A DNA stretch of 64,000 nucleotides from Camelus ferus. Lineage: Eukaryota. Location of the stretch: contig NC_045696.1 in NCBI RefSeq assembly GCF_009834535.1, positions 80,354,001 through 80,418,000 of the forward strand. Reading direction: 5' to 3'. The translations under genes were made by a program, and so were the position numbers. Each line of letters starts with the position of its first letter. Within the stretch, counting starts at the first letter, position 1. The notes under the pieces are model-generated. The model saw only the letters and a list, made by a program, of their open reading frames with translations, was not told where the DNA came from and searched no databases. Below, piece after piece: positions 62,259 to 64,000 of this stretch.

Positions 62259-63204
62259 CTGAAAACAGACAGACAAACACAGTCAGTGGCAGTGGCCCAT
62301 CACGGAAGACCAGGGTGTTTATCTCAGCTTTGCCCCAGGGTTTTCCACAGAGGAACAGAACTTCTTACACAGTACACACCATGACCCTTGTTCCTATCTA
62401 CTGGTCTTGTCCTGACCTGACTATGGTCAGCATTTCCAGGGGAAAACCAGACTAACAGGCAATGTGCCTCTCTCCTACTAATTCTCAGAAACACCCAGCC
62501 CCATTTAAGACAGGGAGAGACTACTGACTGGAAAAGAATATGCTAAATAAGAAAATGTCCTGTATCCCCCAAATGGTCTCCAAATGTACTTTCTAAAAAC
62601 CATGAGGCCACTCTCTGGTTGACTTTGTCTGGAAAGAGGCTCGAAGTAGTTAGAGGTTGGGTGAAAGGAGACACGAAGCAGTGGTAAGAGTCTACAAACT
62701 GGAGAGAGAGGTAGGAGTACAAACCACAGGTGAGATATCACCTCTGAACTGTTCGTAACACTGCAGATATTTAGGTAGAAATGAGGACATTTCACACACA
62801 GAAACATGCTATCTACTGCCAAATGCATCTCTCTAATTCAATAAAAACACTGTTCAGGTACAGTTTATCCATGTGAGCATCTAACTCTTGCACCTGGAGC
62901 CAAGATTAAAGATGTGTGTTGTGCACATTAAAATACCTGGCTCAATACTGAACATATGGGCCTGATTTCTCTAGAGAAGCTGTGAAGAAAAAGCATATAA
63001 CATGCTATTAGAAAATCACTCCTTTCAAATAGCATAAAATAGGATTATGTTGATTTTTTTATCATCTTCCTTTCTACTTTTCCATTTTTTAAATATTGGG
63101 CATTAAAAAAATAACTTGAAAACATCCTCTTTCAAAAAGACAACAAAGAAACCTTTGCTGCCTAAAAAGATAAAAGGATTAAGCTATTCAGAATTGGTAA
63201 ATAT

Positions 63205-63330
63205 ATCAAGTTCTTAATTCTTAACCCTTTATGAGGTGCCATTAAAGACACAACACTCAGACTACACAGGTAAAGTAAATTTCCCAAAGCTACACAGCTA
63301 GAAAGTTGGATCAACTGTATTCAGTCATAG
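63205..63330 (-). mobile_element. MIR fragment
   Basis: ttaattcttaacccttttatgaggt...ggtaaagtaaatttcccaaagctacacagctag. Confidence 0.55.
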
Positions 63331-64000
63331 AAATCTGTTATCCTGTATTCCCTCCTGTCCTTACTCATCCTGTAATTATATTTCTTTAAGTACCCACGAT
63401 CCATTTCCCCTCACTCTGCCCAATGAATAAGTAGCAGCTAAAGATAACATGGAAAACCTAACTAGGGGTGTAATTTTTAAGGTCCTTTCTCCTCAAAGTC
63501 CATCACAAAAAATTTACAGAGATCATTCAAGTCAAAAGTTCTAACAGACATGCCTACCTTCCATTCTAAAAGGTAAAACACATATTTACTGGCTATTTGA
63601 CTTATTTGCCTGACGGGAGGACACCATGACATTTGATCCATTTGATCCAAACAAAAGATGCTTATCGACAGGATGCTCTTCACCCAACCTGATGAAAGAA
63701 ATTCTGCTTTTTGCATTCACTATAAGTAGGCACACGATAATATAAAACTGAATGCTAGATTTGGCAAGACCATTTCCATGCATCAGGACAGGCTCACTGA
63801 GAGTAAGTTACTTAAAATGAGTCATAGAACATTCCAGACATAGGCAAGGTTCCAGCCTGAACTTTAGCAGATCAGTTGAATTCTCCAACCGAAGGCTCAT
63901 GGATTGCATCTGGCCCTAAATGTACATGTGTGGGGGAGGAACACATGTTTTACAATATTACAGCCACCAATGAATTAAAGGACACAGGCAATTATTAACA

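Noticed and set aside
1..64000. CRISPR array, operon, viral or prokaryotic-type system, snoRNA or processed pseudogene
   Set aside because: No regularly spaced repeats, long intact ORFs or recognisable RNA-gene signatures were seen. Small ncRNAs cannot be excluded without an Rfam/Infernal scan.

Overview
Mammalian genomic DNA, probably camelid (tRNA-Ala-derived Vic-1-type SINEs and cetartiodactyl-type L1 UTRs; no Alu, BovB or PRE-1 seen). The whole window lies inside FNDC3B on the minus strand. Sixteen consecutive internal coding exons (about exons 10-25 in human numbering, recalled from memory) were assembled by hand. All have AG/GT boundaries and consistent phases, and total 2242 nt (1 nt + 747 codons) encoding tandem fibronectin type III repeats with no stops or frameshifts. 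The start of the gene and the last, transmembrane-encoding exon lie outside the window. Introns carry typical ancient repeats (MIR, L2, L3/CR1, L1M, MER3/MER5/MER91, MLT1) and some younger insertions. The most unusual element is a ~370-bp insertion (38697-39066), flanked by a target-site duplication (TSD), made of an L1 5' UTR joined directly to an L1 3' UTR at an apparent splice junction: a candidate spliced/non-autonomous L1 that landed just upstream of an exon branch point. Other notes are an internally primed L1 fragment, a frame-compatible cryptic exon, a CTCF motif carried by a transposon, and motif clusters. There is no evidence for a new multi-gene system. Repeat names come from recalled consensus sequences and their boundaries are approximate.
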